Shown piece by piece: positions 13,401-26,153 of a stretch of DNA of 64,000 nucleotides. The translations under genes were made by a program, and so were the position numbers. The notes below the pieces were generated by a model. That model made no database searches. It saw only the letters and a program-made list of their open reading frames with translations, and was not told the DNA's origin. The first letter of the stretch is position 1, and each line of letters opens with the position of its first letter. Origin of the DNA: Anthoceros angustus (Eukaryota > Plantae > Anthocerotophyta). Where the stretch lies: NCBI GenBank assembly GCA_010909165.1, contig VJWM01000118.1, positions 186,001 through 250,000 of the forward strand. The letters are read 5' to 3'.

Positions 13401-14250
13401 CGGGTCCTCCCGCGGACTGCTACCTCCTTTGAGTCGGGTCGGTGAGCTTCTCGGACGGTCTTGGTGTCACCACCTCCTTCTTACCACCTTCTTTTAGCGG
13501 GGCCTTCTTGCTCTTCTTCTTGCGGGGATACTCTTCCTCGCTAGAGACCTCCGTCTCTTCTTGGACGCTCCTCCTCCGAAGACACCTCCGATTGGTCTTC
13601 CTCCTCCTCAAGACTCTTCCTCCTCAGTCTGAACCCGTTTCTTCTTCTTCTTCTTGCCTCCTTGGCGGTTCTTTATCCTCGATGTAGCGATTCCTCGTAG
13701 TTTTCGGCCGCTCGCCGCCTTGCCCACGTCCTTCTCGGCTAGCGGCGGGGCGTGCACAGCCATGGGTTTGGCTAGACGGCCGCGAACCACCGTACGCTTG
13801 CATCGTGGTATGGGTTGGATGCGATCCTCGGGGCATAGAACCGCTCGATGTCTGAGCCCGGCTTCTCCTTCTTCCTCGCTTGATTTTCCAACTTTGATAA
13901 TACATACCCCTCACGGTGATCCCTCGAAACCGTTCTAAGAAGGCATTTTCAAAGCTTCAAGCGAGGCGGGTGGGGCATTCTCCGGTGGTCGGTACTTTCT
14001 CCGATACCATTGAGCGGTGTCCTCGGAGAACCCCTTGGAAAAATGGATGTGCGTCGACTCCCTCTCCGTTGAAGTTGGCTTTGGACATGAAGTCCTCCAC
14101 AAAGGTCTCGCATCCGCTCCTTCTTCCCTCCGAATATAGATGCGCTTGTTTGGTCGGTAGGGGCCATGGCTGCGCCATCGATGGGTTAGGCGTGGGCATC
14201 CTACCTTCTTCCGTTGGCGTCCTTGTACCCGTACTCGTCTTGGTCCGACA
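7420..14250 (-). pseudogene. gag-pol polyprotein remnants (gag with CCHC knuckles, protease, RT, RNase H, integrase)
   Basis: Knuckle-like CWN..RHYSNACP (~12770-12820). Protease DVLLDTGS.VNLIT (~10700 and ~11940). RT YKLNPKYSIKVKEVLDK, KDHF..DDILDKVVG..DGYSGYNQ (~9500-9850). Integrase GIDFGP, VSDRGTHF (~8000-8190) and C-terminal VVQVYDNGS..KKYH (~7420-7530). Confidence 0.9.
9932..12395. repeat. ~1.24-kb tandem duplication covering the protease region
   Basis: GCTTTAGTCCTTCCTTGGTCCGGAGGCATGCC occurs at ~9932 and ~11173. The downstream sequence is colinear in both copies. Confidence 0.9.
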
Positions 14251-14438
14251 ATTCGACCACGTTCTCCTCCTCGATCGGCGGTGCTCTCTCGTTGGGTTTG
14301 GCGTCTCTCTCTCCACGGCTCGGAGAGCCGGAGTGACCACGTCCGATCCTGACGGTTCACTCTTGACCGTCGCTCGACCTCACGCATTCACTTACCTTCT
14401 CTTCCTAAGGGCGCGCTGCGGCACCACGGACGATTTCA

Positions 14439-14453
14439 TTCCCGGCAGCGCCA
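14439..14453 (-). other. Primer-binding site, Athila-like
   Basis: The minus strand reads ...CCACA TTT TGGCGCTGCCGGGAA, resembling the Athila-type PBS TGGCGCCGTTGCCGGGGA. Confidence 0.7.
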
Positions 14454-14456
14454 AAA

Positions 14457-17400
14457 TGTGGCGACTTTTCTTGATGGCGGTAGCGCGCACAATCCGTGTC
14501 GTTGTAGGAAGAAGTCCGTTCCCAAAGGGAATGATAGGCCCGTTTACGCGTTTGGTGATTCTTACCGTCCTTAGCGCTCGTTCGGTCTCAACACACACAC
14601 TCCTAACTACTCTGGCGTTCACCGTCTGAGGCCGGTATGGCCAAGCGTTTAAGGACCCGTTCGCGTCCGTATCGTTCACATACATCCTCACGCATCCGTC
14701 CTTTCCTCTCTCCCCTCACGCTACACTCTTGATCTTAGAAAAGGCGGTTCTGTGATCCGGACCTCCTCGTCGTTCGGGCCTCTCGTCCGGGCTCTACACC
14801 CTCCGGAGTTCCTCCGGCTCACCTTCAGTCGTTCGGTCTCAACACACATACTCCTAACTACTCTGGCGTTCACCGTCTGAGGCCGGTATGGCCAAGCGTT
14901 TGAGACCCGTTCGTCCGTGTATCGTTCACATACATCCTTCCAGTCCTTTCCTCTCTCCCTCACGCTACACTCTTGATCTTAGAAAAACGGTTCTGTGATC
15001 CGGACCTCCTCGTCGTTCCACCTCTCTCGTCCGGGCTCTACACCCTCCGGAGTTCCTCCGGCTCACCGGTCAGTCGTTCGGACCGGCTCGGCGAAACCGG
15101 ATCACCGATCACCCTTCCACACACACACACAGCGTTAAGTCGTCACGGGACCTTGATCAATCTCCCGGGTAGCGCCATTCGTGACTCGGGACTCACGTTA
15201 GCAAGAAGACTCACAAAGGTGCGCAGAGCGGCATCAACACCAAGAAAGATGCTTTACTAGGCACCTCGGCCCTCTTATCTGCGCCCAAGTGGCGTCTTTA
15301 TTACACCCCTATTACGGTGATAGCCATTTCGGTATACCCTAATCGGCCGCCTACCACCTATCCCCTATCTCCTTCGCCGGTAGGGGTGGGAAGGTCACAG
15401 GCCCGCCTCGGAATGGGTGGTCAATCCCCGTCAGCGGTTGTGGTGCACCCAATCGGATGATCCGTGGCGGGCCCCTCTCTCCCGGAATCACAGCCGGGTT
15501 GGGCTCTGGCGGTCGACAACGCCGTTACCACGGCGTCATCCTCCCTGGCCTCCACAGGTCCTTGGCGGTGGGGCCACCGCTATCGGCTCCCCTAAGCGTA
15601 AGTCGAAGGGGCTCCTCCTTCTTGCCTTGATCCGGTCCTCGAGGTCTGTCTCGACTCACGAACTTGAGTCGGACTTGGTCGGACTTGGTCGGACTTGGTC
15701 GGACTTGGTCCGGACTTGGTCCGGACCTCGGGGTCGGACTTGTTGGTCGGACTTGGGGTCCGGACTTGAGTCCGGACTTATTAGTCCGGACTTGGTCGGC
15801 CTCCTCTGGTCGGACAAAGTCGGACTCCACCAGGTTTCCTCCCTCACGGGACTCCTCAGTGGCTCTCCTCGAAGTCCTCCATGTTCCCGATCGCCCGTGA
15901 CTCCTTCGTTGGCCCCTCCTTCCATGGTGAGGTGCGGGGTGCTTACCTCGATCGCATCCGCTCCCTCGTCTGCTCCTCCCGGTTGCTCCTCTCCGCGCTC
16001 CGTCATCTCAAGCAGGGCCACTAGGGTCCTGTCTTTGTCCCGTGGCCTTCATCTCCTTGAGCCTTCCGGTCCGTCCGTTCGGTGGCGTCTTTATTACACC
16101 CCTATTACGGGCGTGCTTGACTCGGTATACCCTAATCGCCGCCTACCATCTATCTCTCCTTCCATTGTGGGAAGGTCACAGGCCCGCCTCGGAATGGGTG
16201 GTCAATCCCCGTCAGCGGTTGTGGTGCACCCAATCGGATGATCCGTGGCGGGGCCCCTCTCTCCCGGAATCACAGCCGGGTTGGGCTCGTGATGGCCGCC
16301 GTTACCACGGCGTCATCCTCCCACAGCCCACAGGTCCTTGGCGGTGGGGCCACCACTCTCCTCCCCTAAGCGTAAGTCGAAGGGGCTCCTCCTTCTTGCC
16401 GATCCGGTCCTCGAGGTCTGTCTCGACTCACGAACTTGAGTCGGCTTATTCACAGGTCCGTGGCTAGGTCACCTTGTCTGGGGTCCGGACCTCGGTCGGT
16501 GGTCGGACTTGGTCGGACTTGGGGTCCGGACTTGAGTCCGGACTTATTAGTCCGGACTTGGTCGGCCTCCTCTGGTCGGACAAAGTCGGACTCCACCAGG
16601 TTTCCTCCCTCACGGGACTCCTCAGTGGCTCTCCTCGAAGTCCTCCATGTTCCCGATCGCCCGTGACTCCTTCGTTGGCCCCTCCTTCCATGGTGAGGTG
16701 CGGGGTGCTTACCTCGATCGCATCCGCTCCCTCGTCTGCTCCTCCCGGTTGCTCCTCTCCGCGCTCCGTCATCTCAAGCAGGGCCACTAGGGTCCTGTCT
16801 TTGTCCCGTGGCCTTCATCTCCTTGAGCCTTCCGGTCCGTCCGTTTCGGTGGCGTCTTTATTACACCCCTATTACGGGCGTGCTTGACTCGGTATACCCT
16901 AATCGCCGCCTACCATCTATCTCTCCTTCCATTGTGGGAAGGTCACAGGCCCGCCTCGGAATGGGTGGTCAATCCCCGTCAGCGGTTGTGGTGCACCCAA
17001 TCGGATGATCCGTGGCGGGGCCCCTCTCTCCCGGAATCACAGCCGGGTTGGGCTCGTGATGGCCGCCGTTACCACGGCGTCATCCTCCCACAGCCCACAG
17101 GTCCTTGGCGGTGGGGCCACCACTCTCCTCCCCTAAGCGTAAGTCGAAGGGGCTCCTCCTTCTTGCCGATCCGGTCCTCGAGGTCTGTCTCGACTCACGA
17201 ACTTGAGTCGGCTTATTCACAGGTCCGTGGCTAGGTCACCTTGTCTGGGGTCCGGACCTCGGTCGGTGGTCGGACTTGGTCGGACTTGGGGTCCGGACTT
17301 GAGTCCGGACTTATTAGTCCGGACTTGGTCGGCCTCCTCTGGTCGGACAAAGTCGGACTCACGCCCACGGGTTTCCTCCCTCACGGGACTCCTCCGTGGC

Positions 17401-20400
17401 TCTCCCTCGAAGTCCTCCGTCGAGTGACTCCTTTGGCCCCTCCTTCCATGGTGGTGAGGTGCGGGGTGCTTACCTCGATCGCATCCGCTCCCTCGTTCGC
17501 TCCTCGGTTGCTCCTCTCCGCTCCGTCATCTCAAGCAGGGCCACTAGGGTCCTGTCTTTGTCCCGTGGCCTTCATCTCCTTGAGCCTTCCGGTCCGTCCG
17601 TTCGTGAGGTCGAGGCTTCTCGCCCGGGAGCTCGGCGTGGTAATAGGCAAAGTGAATCGACTTGTTGAATTGCCTCTTCCACGTGTGCGGGCACCGATAC
17701 TCCCTCCGCCATAAGTGTTAGGGAGTCTTTGCCGCTTGTTGGGCCACCTCTGCCCGGTTGTGGTGGGCAGGGCGTATCACGAGGCTACAAGGCGGCCTCG
17801 GTCACCTCCTGCATTGCCATTGTTGCTCCACTCCGGCTCTCGTTTCCTCTCCATTGCCGCTTACCCATAGCGCGGCGTTCCCTTCCGCCTTTCTCGGTGG
17901 ACGGCGGCTTCTTTTACCTTCGGTGCTCGCGCTCCCTCGTTCGCTCCTCTTGCTCCTCTCCGCTCCGTCATCTCAAGCAGGGCCACTAGGGTCCTGTCTT
18001 TGTCCCGTGGCCTTCATCTCCTTGAGCCTTCCGGTCCGTGTCTGTGCGTCGAGAGGCTTCTCGCCTTGAGGAGCTCGGCGTGGTAATAGGCAAAGTCAGA
18101 TCGACTTGTTGAATTGCCTCTTCCACGTGTGCGGGCACCGATACTCCCTCGCCATAAGTGTTATGGGCGTCTTTGCTTGTTGGGCCACCTCTCCTGCCCG
18201 GTTGTGGTGGGCGGGGGTATCACGCGAGGCTACAAGGCGGCCTCGGTCACCTCCTGCGGCTGTTGCTCCACTGCTCGGCTCCGTCGTTTTCTCCATTGCG
18301 GCTTACCGCCATAGCGCGGCGTTCCCTTCCGCCTTTCTCGGTGGACGGCTTCTTTTACGCTTCCGTGCTCGCGCTCCGTTCATTACGGCCTTTAGCTCAT
18401 GACTCCCTCTCCAGTGATCGGATACCTCCGTCCAGGCTCGGACTTCCTCCGGCTCATACAGGCAGCAGCGTCCAACTCCTTGGATAGTCGCGATTTTCCT
18501 CCGTCTTGAGGCGATGGAGGCACTCTCGTGCTTTCGAGTCGTGGATTCTCTCGTTGAGAATCACTGCTTGCTCAAGCGCATCTTGGGTTGTAGCTCCAGC
18601 GTGTCCTTCTTGTCCTCCATCTGCTGCGCCTCTCCTCTACTTCCTGCTCGAGATCCCTATCTCCCAGTCTTGGCCTCCATCTCCTCCCCAGGCCCTTGCT
18701 CCATAGCCCTTTGCGGCCTTGAGTTAGCCTCGGTCTGTGACTCTCTCCACGGTTCGATCACGTCATGGTGATCCGGTCGCTCTTTTGCACTTGACTCCTT
18801 CGCCGCCTTTACAGGCCTCGCCCACTTGGCCCTCTTGGCCTCTGGCCGGGCCGCCTCCGAGTCCGAGCTCTCTGCTTGTGCCGGGCCTCTTCCGCCTCTG
18901 CTGCGCTTCCCCTCTTCGCTGCAAGGTCCTCCGCCCGCTTGGGCCTCTGAGCTTGCTTGTGACGGTGAAGAACCTTCCATCTGCTGCGCCTCTCCTCTAC
19001 TTCCTGTGTACTCGGAGATCCCCTATCTCCCGGCCTCCATCTCCTTTGGCCCTTGCACGCTCCATAGCCCTTTGCGGCCTTGAGTTAGCCTCGGTCTGTG
19101 ACTCTCTCCACGGTTCGATCGTGCAGAGTGATCCGGTCGCTCTTTTGCAGGCTCCTTGGCCTTTCGCCCACTTGGCCGCTCTGGCCGGGCCGCCTCCGCG
19201 GTCCCTCTCTGCTTGTGCCGGGCCTCTTCCGCCTCTGCTGCGCTTCCCCTCTTTCGCTGCAAGGTCCTCCGCCCGCTTGGGCCTCTGAGCTTGCCCGGTT
19301 GCCTGTGAAGAACCTTAACCGGTCTGTGAACCGGGCCTCGCTCCGCCACCGGCGTTTCCCTTCCTCGATCCGGCGAGGACTCCGCCTTTCCTTTGCCCCC
19401 TGGGCCGCCTCCGAGTCCGAGCTCTCTGCTTGTGCCGGGCCTCTTCCGCCTCTGCTGCGCTTCCCCTCTTCGCACCAAGGTCCTCCCGCGCTTGGCCTCT
19501 GAGCTTGCTTTGAGCCACGGTGAAGAAGAACCCGATCTGCTGAACGCCGGGCCTCGCGCTCCGCCACCGGCGTTTCCCTTCCTCGATCCGGGACTCCGCC
19601 TTTCCTTTGCGGCCGCCTTCACTTGCTCTTGGGTTCCACCATCCTCCTCGGGTGGCCTCCACTTCCACAGGTCTTCTCCGCATACCCACGACCCCAAAGC
19701 ATTCCGTCCATGGCGGTAGGACTTCGCCGTGTTTCTTCCACGGCGGAGTGAGGCCCCACAAAGTCCGTAGTGGGGCCGGCATTTCTCGATCCGCCAAGGA
19801 CCTCCATACCGCGAGGAGTAAGTCGGTGGGTTCTCGGACCTAATCGGGACCCTCGGGTCACAGTGGTGAGTCAGTCTCACCCTCTTGGCCCTCTTGGCCT
19901 CTAACTCCTTTGTGCCCTCTTTCTCACAGGGCTCGGAGGAGGTGAGGGGTCAGAGCAAGCTCTTTTGCCCCTTCACAGCCGGGGGCAGGGCCGGCTCGAG
20001 GTGGGGCTGCTGCCCACCTCGCTCCTTGGGCCACGTCCCCTGCCCTCCTTACGCCTCTTGACCTCTTGCCACTCCGTAGGCGGGGGTAAGTCCGGCACCT
20101 TGAGGTCTTTGCGTTGGTAAGCGGCACCGTCTTCGCCTCTTGGCTCCAGGAGTTCGTCGGGGCTCGGCCGTCGTGGTTGTTTGTGCTGGTGCGGGCCAGC
20201 GCCCTCCGGCATCGGCTCCCTCACATCTTGCTCGGAGGGCACCAAAAGGAGGAAGGGAATCTCCCAAACTTCCACAGGTGGTGAGGGGTTCGCTCAGACG
20301 TGAGTCAGGAATCCTCGATCGTCCTCCTCCGAGTCGCTTGGTCTTGAAGGGCGACCCCCACCTCAGGCGCCCTTGCACGCTCTACTTGGCGGGGCCTCCG

Positions 20401-21681
20401 GCCCCTTGGGCGCCCGTTCAAGCTCTCCCTCCTTGAGAGCTCGAAATGTCCCCATACATGAATCGGTATGGGGTCGGCCCCGATAATGGCTTCTCGCTCC
20501 TTAGCTTGCGTGCCTCCCCAGGAAGGCGAAGATAATCCTTCCCGGTCGCTCTCTTCCCCTTGGGCGCATGCGAGAATACCAGCGAGTTATCACCAAGGTG
20601 ATCCACCTTGGTGGCGAGTTCAATGGACAATGATCCGGGCTACCGCCCTTACTCGGCCCATCGGATCGGATATCAACCATCCGTTGGTTGTCGCTGCGTT
20701 CGAGCCTCGGCATCGCGGCCTATCTTCTTCGCCTTAAGGGGCTCGGCACCGCCCCTTCTTCCTCCTTGGCGGTTGTAGGCCATCCTCGGGACCTCAAGGT
20801 CCATCGCCTCGGGTCCTCCGGAGGTTCTTGGATCGGACCTCCTTGTTGATCGCCGCCCGGCATCTTCGGGCAAACTCCGGACTAGAGTAGCGTTGTCAAA
20901 GGTCGAGACCATTTGGAACACGTCCGGATGCCACTCTGCACCAATTCCCTGCTTCCTCCGGCCCGGGGAAGTCCGGATAGCGCGGGTCACAATGTTGCGC
21001 TCCACGGTCCATGGCTCCCAGACTTCCCGGCTTTTGGGTGCCATTGCTTCTCCTCCTCTTGTTGTGTAGGCTGGCGAGTCGGCGGCACGATGTTCCTCCG
21101 CGCGTTGTTGCTCCAACCTTGGATGCGCCGCGCTCTGGCGGGCGCCCAAAAGATAGCGCGAGCGGATTGCGGGCGCAAGGGCTGTGAGGATTGAGGCTGC
21201 GGCGAATGACCTCCCTCCTTGGCGGCGCTTGTGGAAAGTAACTGGGCGGAAGGCGCCTCTTCGTTGTCCGTAGCGCGAGTGCATGGCTTACTCGACCCTA
21301 CGCTTACTCGGCCTTACGCGCGCGCGAGCGGGCGTGAATACCTGTGCGGCCTGCAGCAGGTTACGGTCTGACCTCTGCACGACCTCCACTCGGGGCCGTC
21401 CACGTGGCGCCGCCTCGTCATCCTCACGCCTCGCTCCTAGGTTACTTTCCTGGCGTACTTATCCTGTTTTGACACAGGTGGGTTCCGGACTTATCCGTTA
21501 CTCGGCGTAGTCGGAGCTTGCCATAGTGTGCGGGGTCCGTTGTTCACTCAGTCCGGAGTATACTCGAGCCTCGTCGGCGCTACCCCAATTTATTCCTCCT
21601 TTTAGCCTTATTTATCCTTCAATCCTAAGCGAAACCCTACTTACTTATTTCTTAACTCCCCAGGGAAGTGCATAGCCCACA
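14457..21681 (-). repeat. 5' LTR of the non-chromovirus element, expanded to ~7.2 kb by internal tandem duplications
   Basis: Same termini as 2942-7387. A ~770-bp block occurs three times (~15290-17600), with further duplicated blocks near 14580-14970, 17520-18370 and 18620-19600. Confidence 0.88.
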
Positions 21682-21962
21682 CTTCTCCTGACTCGGAGAG
21701 AGCATTGGCTAAGCTTCTCCTGACTCGGAGGAGAAACAGCAGCTAAGCTTCTCGACTCGGAGAACCGGCTAGCTTCTCCTGACTCGAAGAGAGCACTGGC
21801 AAAGCTTCTCCTGACTCGGAGAGAACACTGACTAAGCTTCTCCTGACTCGGAGAGAGCACTGGCTAAGCTTCTCCTGACTCGGAGAGAGCACTGGCTAAG
21901 CTTCTCCTGACTTGGAGAGAGCATTGGCTAAGCTTTTCCTGACTCGGAGAGAGAGCATTGGC
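21682..21962. repeat. 32-bp minisatellite, ~9 units
   Basis: Head-to-tail CTTCTCCTGACTCGGAGAGAGCA(C/T)TGGCTAAG units with no spacers. Confidence 0.95.
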
Positions 21963-22255
21963 TGCCGGTGCTTTACATCGTAGATGTGTCACCAACAGTG
22001 AAGAACCTTTAAGCACATGTGCATCAAGTCAACCAAAAGTCATCATAGGACTTAGCACTTGTATGCACTCCCGCCCGCATCACCACCCATCAAACCAACC
22101 AAGTTTTATAAAATGTTTCTTCCAAATGTCATTCCTTTATATTTCATGCTATCAAGGAGCCAACTAAAGGTGTTGAAATCTAAGCAATGGAGATGAATTC
22201 TTCCATGCTTCATATCCATGTGATTGTTCTTGGTAATCAGTAGCGTTATGAAGCC

Positions 22256-22470
22256 AACTAACGGTGAATTATTTCATATGTCAAATCTAAATATAAAAAT
22301 GGATTGGGCTAGACTTCTCATCCAAGCAAACTAACGGTGAATTATTTCATATGTCAAATCTAAATATAAAAATGGATTGGGCTAGACTTCTCATCCAAGC
22401 AAGGCCTGACATCCAAGCAAGTGTTGGTACGACATCCAAGCAAGGCCTCACATCCAAGCAAGTGTTCGTA
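22256..22470. repeat. ~73-bp tandem duplicate followed by CATCCAAGCAAG repeats
   Basis: AACTAACGGTGAATT...CTCATCCAAGCA occurs twice, then CATCCAAGCAAG recurs at ~20-23-bp spacing. Confidence 0.85.
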
Positions 22471-22869
22471 CCGCAGGATAACTGATTCTACGACGTGAGA
22501 CGGAAATTAATCAACAAAGGCTGTGGATACCAAAAACCATCCAAAAGGCTCCATATCCTGTACACAAGAAGCTTTCAGCCGACAGAAGGATTCAGCCATT
22601 TGTACACAGAGGAGCAAGTGGGTTGACTTGACCCGATACAGCCTTCCCTATTGCATTACAGACGAGTATATTCTACTTTCCTTCTTTCCCCCCAGTACGG
22701 AACTCTGAAGGCGCTTAACGCCTCTGTCAAAACCTGCCAGGAATTCCGCCCGCCGGAGCCACCCAGAGTAGGTCGAAAGTAGCTCGGGGATCGCTTTCTG
22801 TCCCGCAGGTCGGCGCCCGGCTCCTTGAAATTGCGCGGATCCCAACGACGCATTTGCAGAGCAGTCTCC

Positions 22870-25800
22870 ATGGCAACTCAGCAGCAGCCCGACGGGCTGG
22901 TCGCCGGGGAGGGCGCGGACATGGACGCTGCTGCCTCGCCGGCGCGCCAGCTCGCAAGGCACGATTCCTTGGATCTGGAAGCGGGGCGTCTCAAGGGCTG
23001 GTCGCCGCACCAGGTGCGGGAAATGGCGAGGGCCTTCCGGCGCTTCCAGTGGGGATTGTGATTCGCGAAGCCGATGATGTCGTTGTGGGCGCGTCTCGCA
23101 GGTGCTGTCGACGGGGGTCATCCTGCGGCTGGCGTACCAGAGCATCGGGGTGGTGTATGGGGATGTCGGGACGTCGCCGCTCTACGTCTTCGCCACCGCG
23201 TTCCCCAACGGGCTCACGGGGGACCCTCATTTCAAGCAGAACGTGCTGGGCGCGCTGAGTTTGGTTATCTACACGCTCACGCTCATCCCGTTGCTGAAGT
23301 ACGTGAACGTGGTGATCAAGGCCAACGACGACGGGGAAGGTGGGTGGAGGAAGAGTTTTTCGGGTTTGGGATTTATCCCATATTGCGGCGGAATGTTGCG
23401 TAGCCGGGGAGTGCTGATGTTCGAGGTTGGGGGTGCAGGTGGGACGTTTGCGCTGTACTCGCTCATCTGCCGGTTTGCGAAGGTGGGGCTCGTGGGGAAT
23501 CACAACTACGAGGATCGGGAGCTCTCCACCTTCAGCCTCTCGTTGCCTTCGAGGAATAAGAAGATTTCTGGATGGCTCAAGGAGCGGCTGGAGGGGAGCG
23601 AGCGGTTGAAGAAGGCGCTGCTGGTGATCGTGCTGCTTGCTACCTCTCTGATTATCGGGGATGGTGTATTGACTCCCTCTATATCAGGTGCTTGTTGTGC
23701 TGTTTTGTATGGCATGTTAATTGAAATTTGTGCGGTCGGGATTTCGCCTTGGTTGTCATCCCGAGGCAGGTGTCGGTGTGGTCATTTCGTAATTCTTCAA
23801 CTGTTCTGTGTGGTGTGTGGGAAGTGCAGTTCTGTCAGCCATTTCTGGGCTCCAAGTGAATAGCCAGACCAATGTGAGCAAAGGTATGTGTCGGGGTGTG
23901 GGTTTATGCAGCAATCCTCTAGATCTCTCAAGCTTTACCAGCAGTGTTGTGACGGTTGTTTGTGGTGCCGAATCTTGGGGACAGGTGTGGTGGTATGGGT
24001 CTCCGTGATTGTCCTCATTCTGCTCTTCCTTCTGCAACACAAAGGGACAGACAAGGTGTCGTTCCTGTTTGCCCCGGCGGTCGTGCTCTGGTTCGTCTGC
24101 AATGTCCTGATCGGAGTTTACAACATTGTCAAATACGATCCATCCGTTTTCAAGGCTTTCAACCCCTACTACATGTATGCCTACTTCCGCAACAATAAGA
24201 AGGATGGATGGATCCATCTTGGCGGAATCGTGCTGGCCATCACAGGTACGAGCTCCACAGTGACATCCGCCCCTGCACCAACTGGCCAGTCACAGTTGCT
24301 TGCAACAACTCATCTGACACCAATGGGCTTGCAGGGACGGAAGCCATGTTTGCTGACATCGGCCATTTCTCGGTACCATCAGTCCAAGTAAGTACTGAAC
24401 TCCAGGAGAGCCACGTCCTGAATTATTGCACTCCTACCCACAAAACAACCGGACTGGGACTGATAAATCTCTCCATGGGCTGTTGCAGATTGCCTTCACC
24501 ACCTTCGTCTACCCATCTCTCCTCATCACATACACCGGCCAGGCAGCATACCTGATGAAGCATCCCGAAAACGTGGCCGAGACTTTCTACAAGGCCATTC
24601 CCAGTAAGCCATCCCCACCCCGGTCAATTCATCCTCGTGCCAGTTGTTGCAACGTGTGAAAACCCATCTAAGCAACGGAATGTTTTGTTTTGGCAGAACC
24701 AGTCTACTGGCCCATGTTCGCCATAGCCACAGCAGCGGCCATCATCGCGAGCCAGGCCATGATCTCGGCAGCCTTTTCCATCGTCCACCAGTCCATGGCC
24801 CTGAGCTGCTTCCCCACAGTGAAGGTCGTCCATACCTCGAAGCGCTTCCCGGGCCAGATCTACATCCCGGAAGTGAACTGGGTCCTGATGATCCTCTGCC
24901 TCCTGGTCACGGCCGGGTTCCAGGACACAGTGAAGATCGGGAACGCATACGGCATCGCCGTGGTGGGCGTGATGGTGATCACCACCTGCCTCGTCACCCT
25001 CGTCATGCTTCTCATCTGGCAGACCAACCTCCTCTCCGCCTTCCTATACCTCTTCATCTTCGGCTCCATCGAGGCCGTCTACCTGTCCGCCGTCCTGTAC
25101 AAGGTTCCGCAAGGGGGCTGGGTCCCTCTCGCCTTCGCCGTCGTCTTCCTCACCCTCATGTACGTCTGGCACTACGTCCATGTGCAGAAGTACCGGTACG
25201 AGGTCCAGAACAAGATTTCCCTGGAGTGGGTCACCGGGCTGGGCTCCAGCTTGGGCATGCTCCGGGTGCCCGGGATCGGGCTGGTGTACAGTGAGCTTGC
25301 GCAGGGAGTGCCGGCCATCTTCTCTCACTTGATCACCAACCTCCCGGCCATCCATTCCACGCTCGTCTTCGTCTGCGTGAAGCACCTCCCGGTCTGGCAC
25401 GTCCCGGAGGAGGAGAGATTCCTGGTGCCCGGGATCAGGCTGGTGTACAGTGAGCTTGCGCAGGGAGTGCCGGCCATCTTCTCTCACTTGATCACCAACC
25501 TCCCGGCCATCCATTCCACGCTCGTCTTCGTCTGCGTGAAGCACCTCCCGGTCTGGCACGTCCCGGAGGAGGAGAGATTCCTGGTGCGCCGGCTCGGCCC
25601 GAAGGAATACCGGATGTACCGCTGTGCCGTCCGCTACGGGTACCGAGATCTGGAGACGGAGAACCACCGCGAATTTGAGCAGAAGCTGGTGAAAAGTCTC
25701 TCGGAATTCCTGCAAGCGGAGGCCAGCTTGGATGCCGATGAGTATCTCCCGCAGCAGGGCACCGGGCAGAGTGACGGGGATTCCGAGCCCGCCCATGTCC

Positions 25801-26153
25801 GGATTCCGTCTTCCGGGTCCCAGTCCGAGTCGGGGAAGAGTTCCGACTCGCCTTACAACGTAGGCCAGGTGCTGTTGCAGGCAAGGAACGGGGACGTGGT
25901 GTACAAGGCTACCGGCCCCGAGGCGGCGCTGGTGCAGGAGGAGCTGGTGAATCTGCAGGAGGCCAAGCAGGCGGGCGTGGTGTACGTGCTGGGGTCGGTG
26001 GATCTCAAGGCCAAGCCCGGGTCCAGCTGGTTGAGGAGTTTCGTCATCAACGATTTCTTTTCCTTCATCAAGAGGAACTTCAGGGCCAGCCGTGAAGCCC
26101 TCCACATCCCCTACGGCAGTTCGCTGCAGGTTGGCATGACCAACCAGGTTTGA
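22870..26153 (+). CDS. HAK5: HAK/KUP/KT potassium transporter (HAK5-like), ~8 exons
   Basis: Family signature GVVYGDVGTSPLY, plus ANDDGEGGTFALYSLICR, GDGVLTPSIS, GTEAMFADIGHFS, IIASQAMISA, GQIYIPEVNW, IGNAYGIAV and C-terminal QVGMT. GT-AG introns, e.g. 23014-23101. The subfamily assignment is an inference. Confidence 0.95.
25265..25582 (+). repeat. In-frame 159-bp tandem duplication inside the last HAK exon
   Basis: 25265-25423 matches 25424-25582 except for one G>A change (Gly>Arg). GGTGC microhomology at the junctions. Confidence 0.95.

Larger units (their letters stand above)
2942..21681 (-). mobile_element. Full-length Ty3/Gypsy non-chromovirus (Athila-like) LTR retrotransposon with giant LTRs
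   Basis: TG...CA ends (tgtggcg at 2942 and 14457; gcccaca at 7387 and 21681). 5-bp TSD CTTCT at 2937-2941 and 21682-21686. PBS-like motif next to the 5' LTR and PPT next to the 3' LTR. Domain order gag-PR-RT-RH-IN on the minus strand, with no chromodomain. Confidence 0.93.

Noticed and set aside
21682-21962. 32-bp repeats with an internal hairpin (TCTCC-N6-GGAGA) resembling a CRISPR array
   Set aside because: The units are head-to-tail with no unique spacers, there are no cas genes, and the context is eukaryotic. It is a minisatellite.
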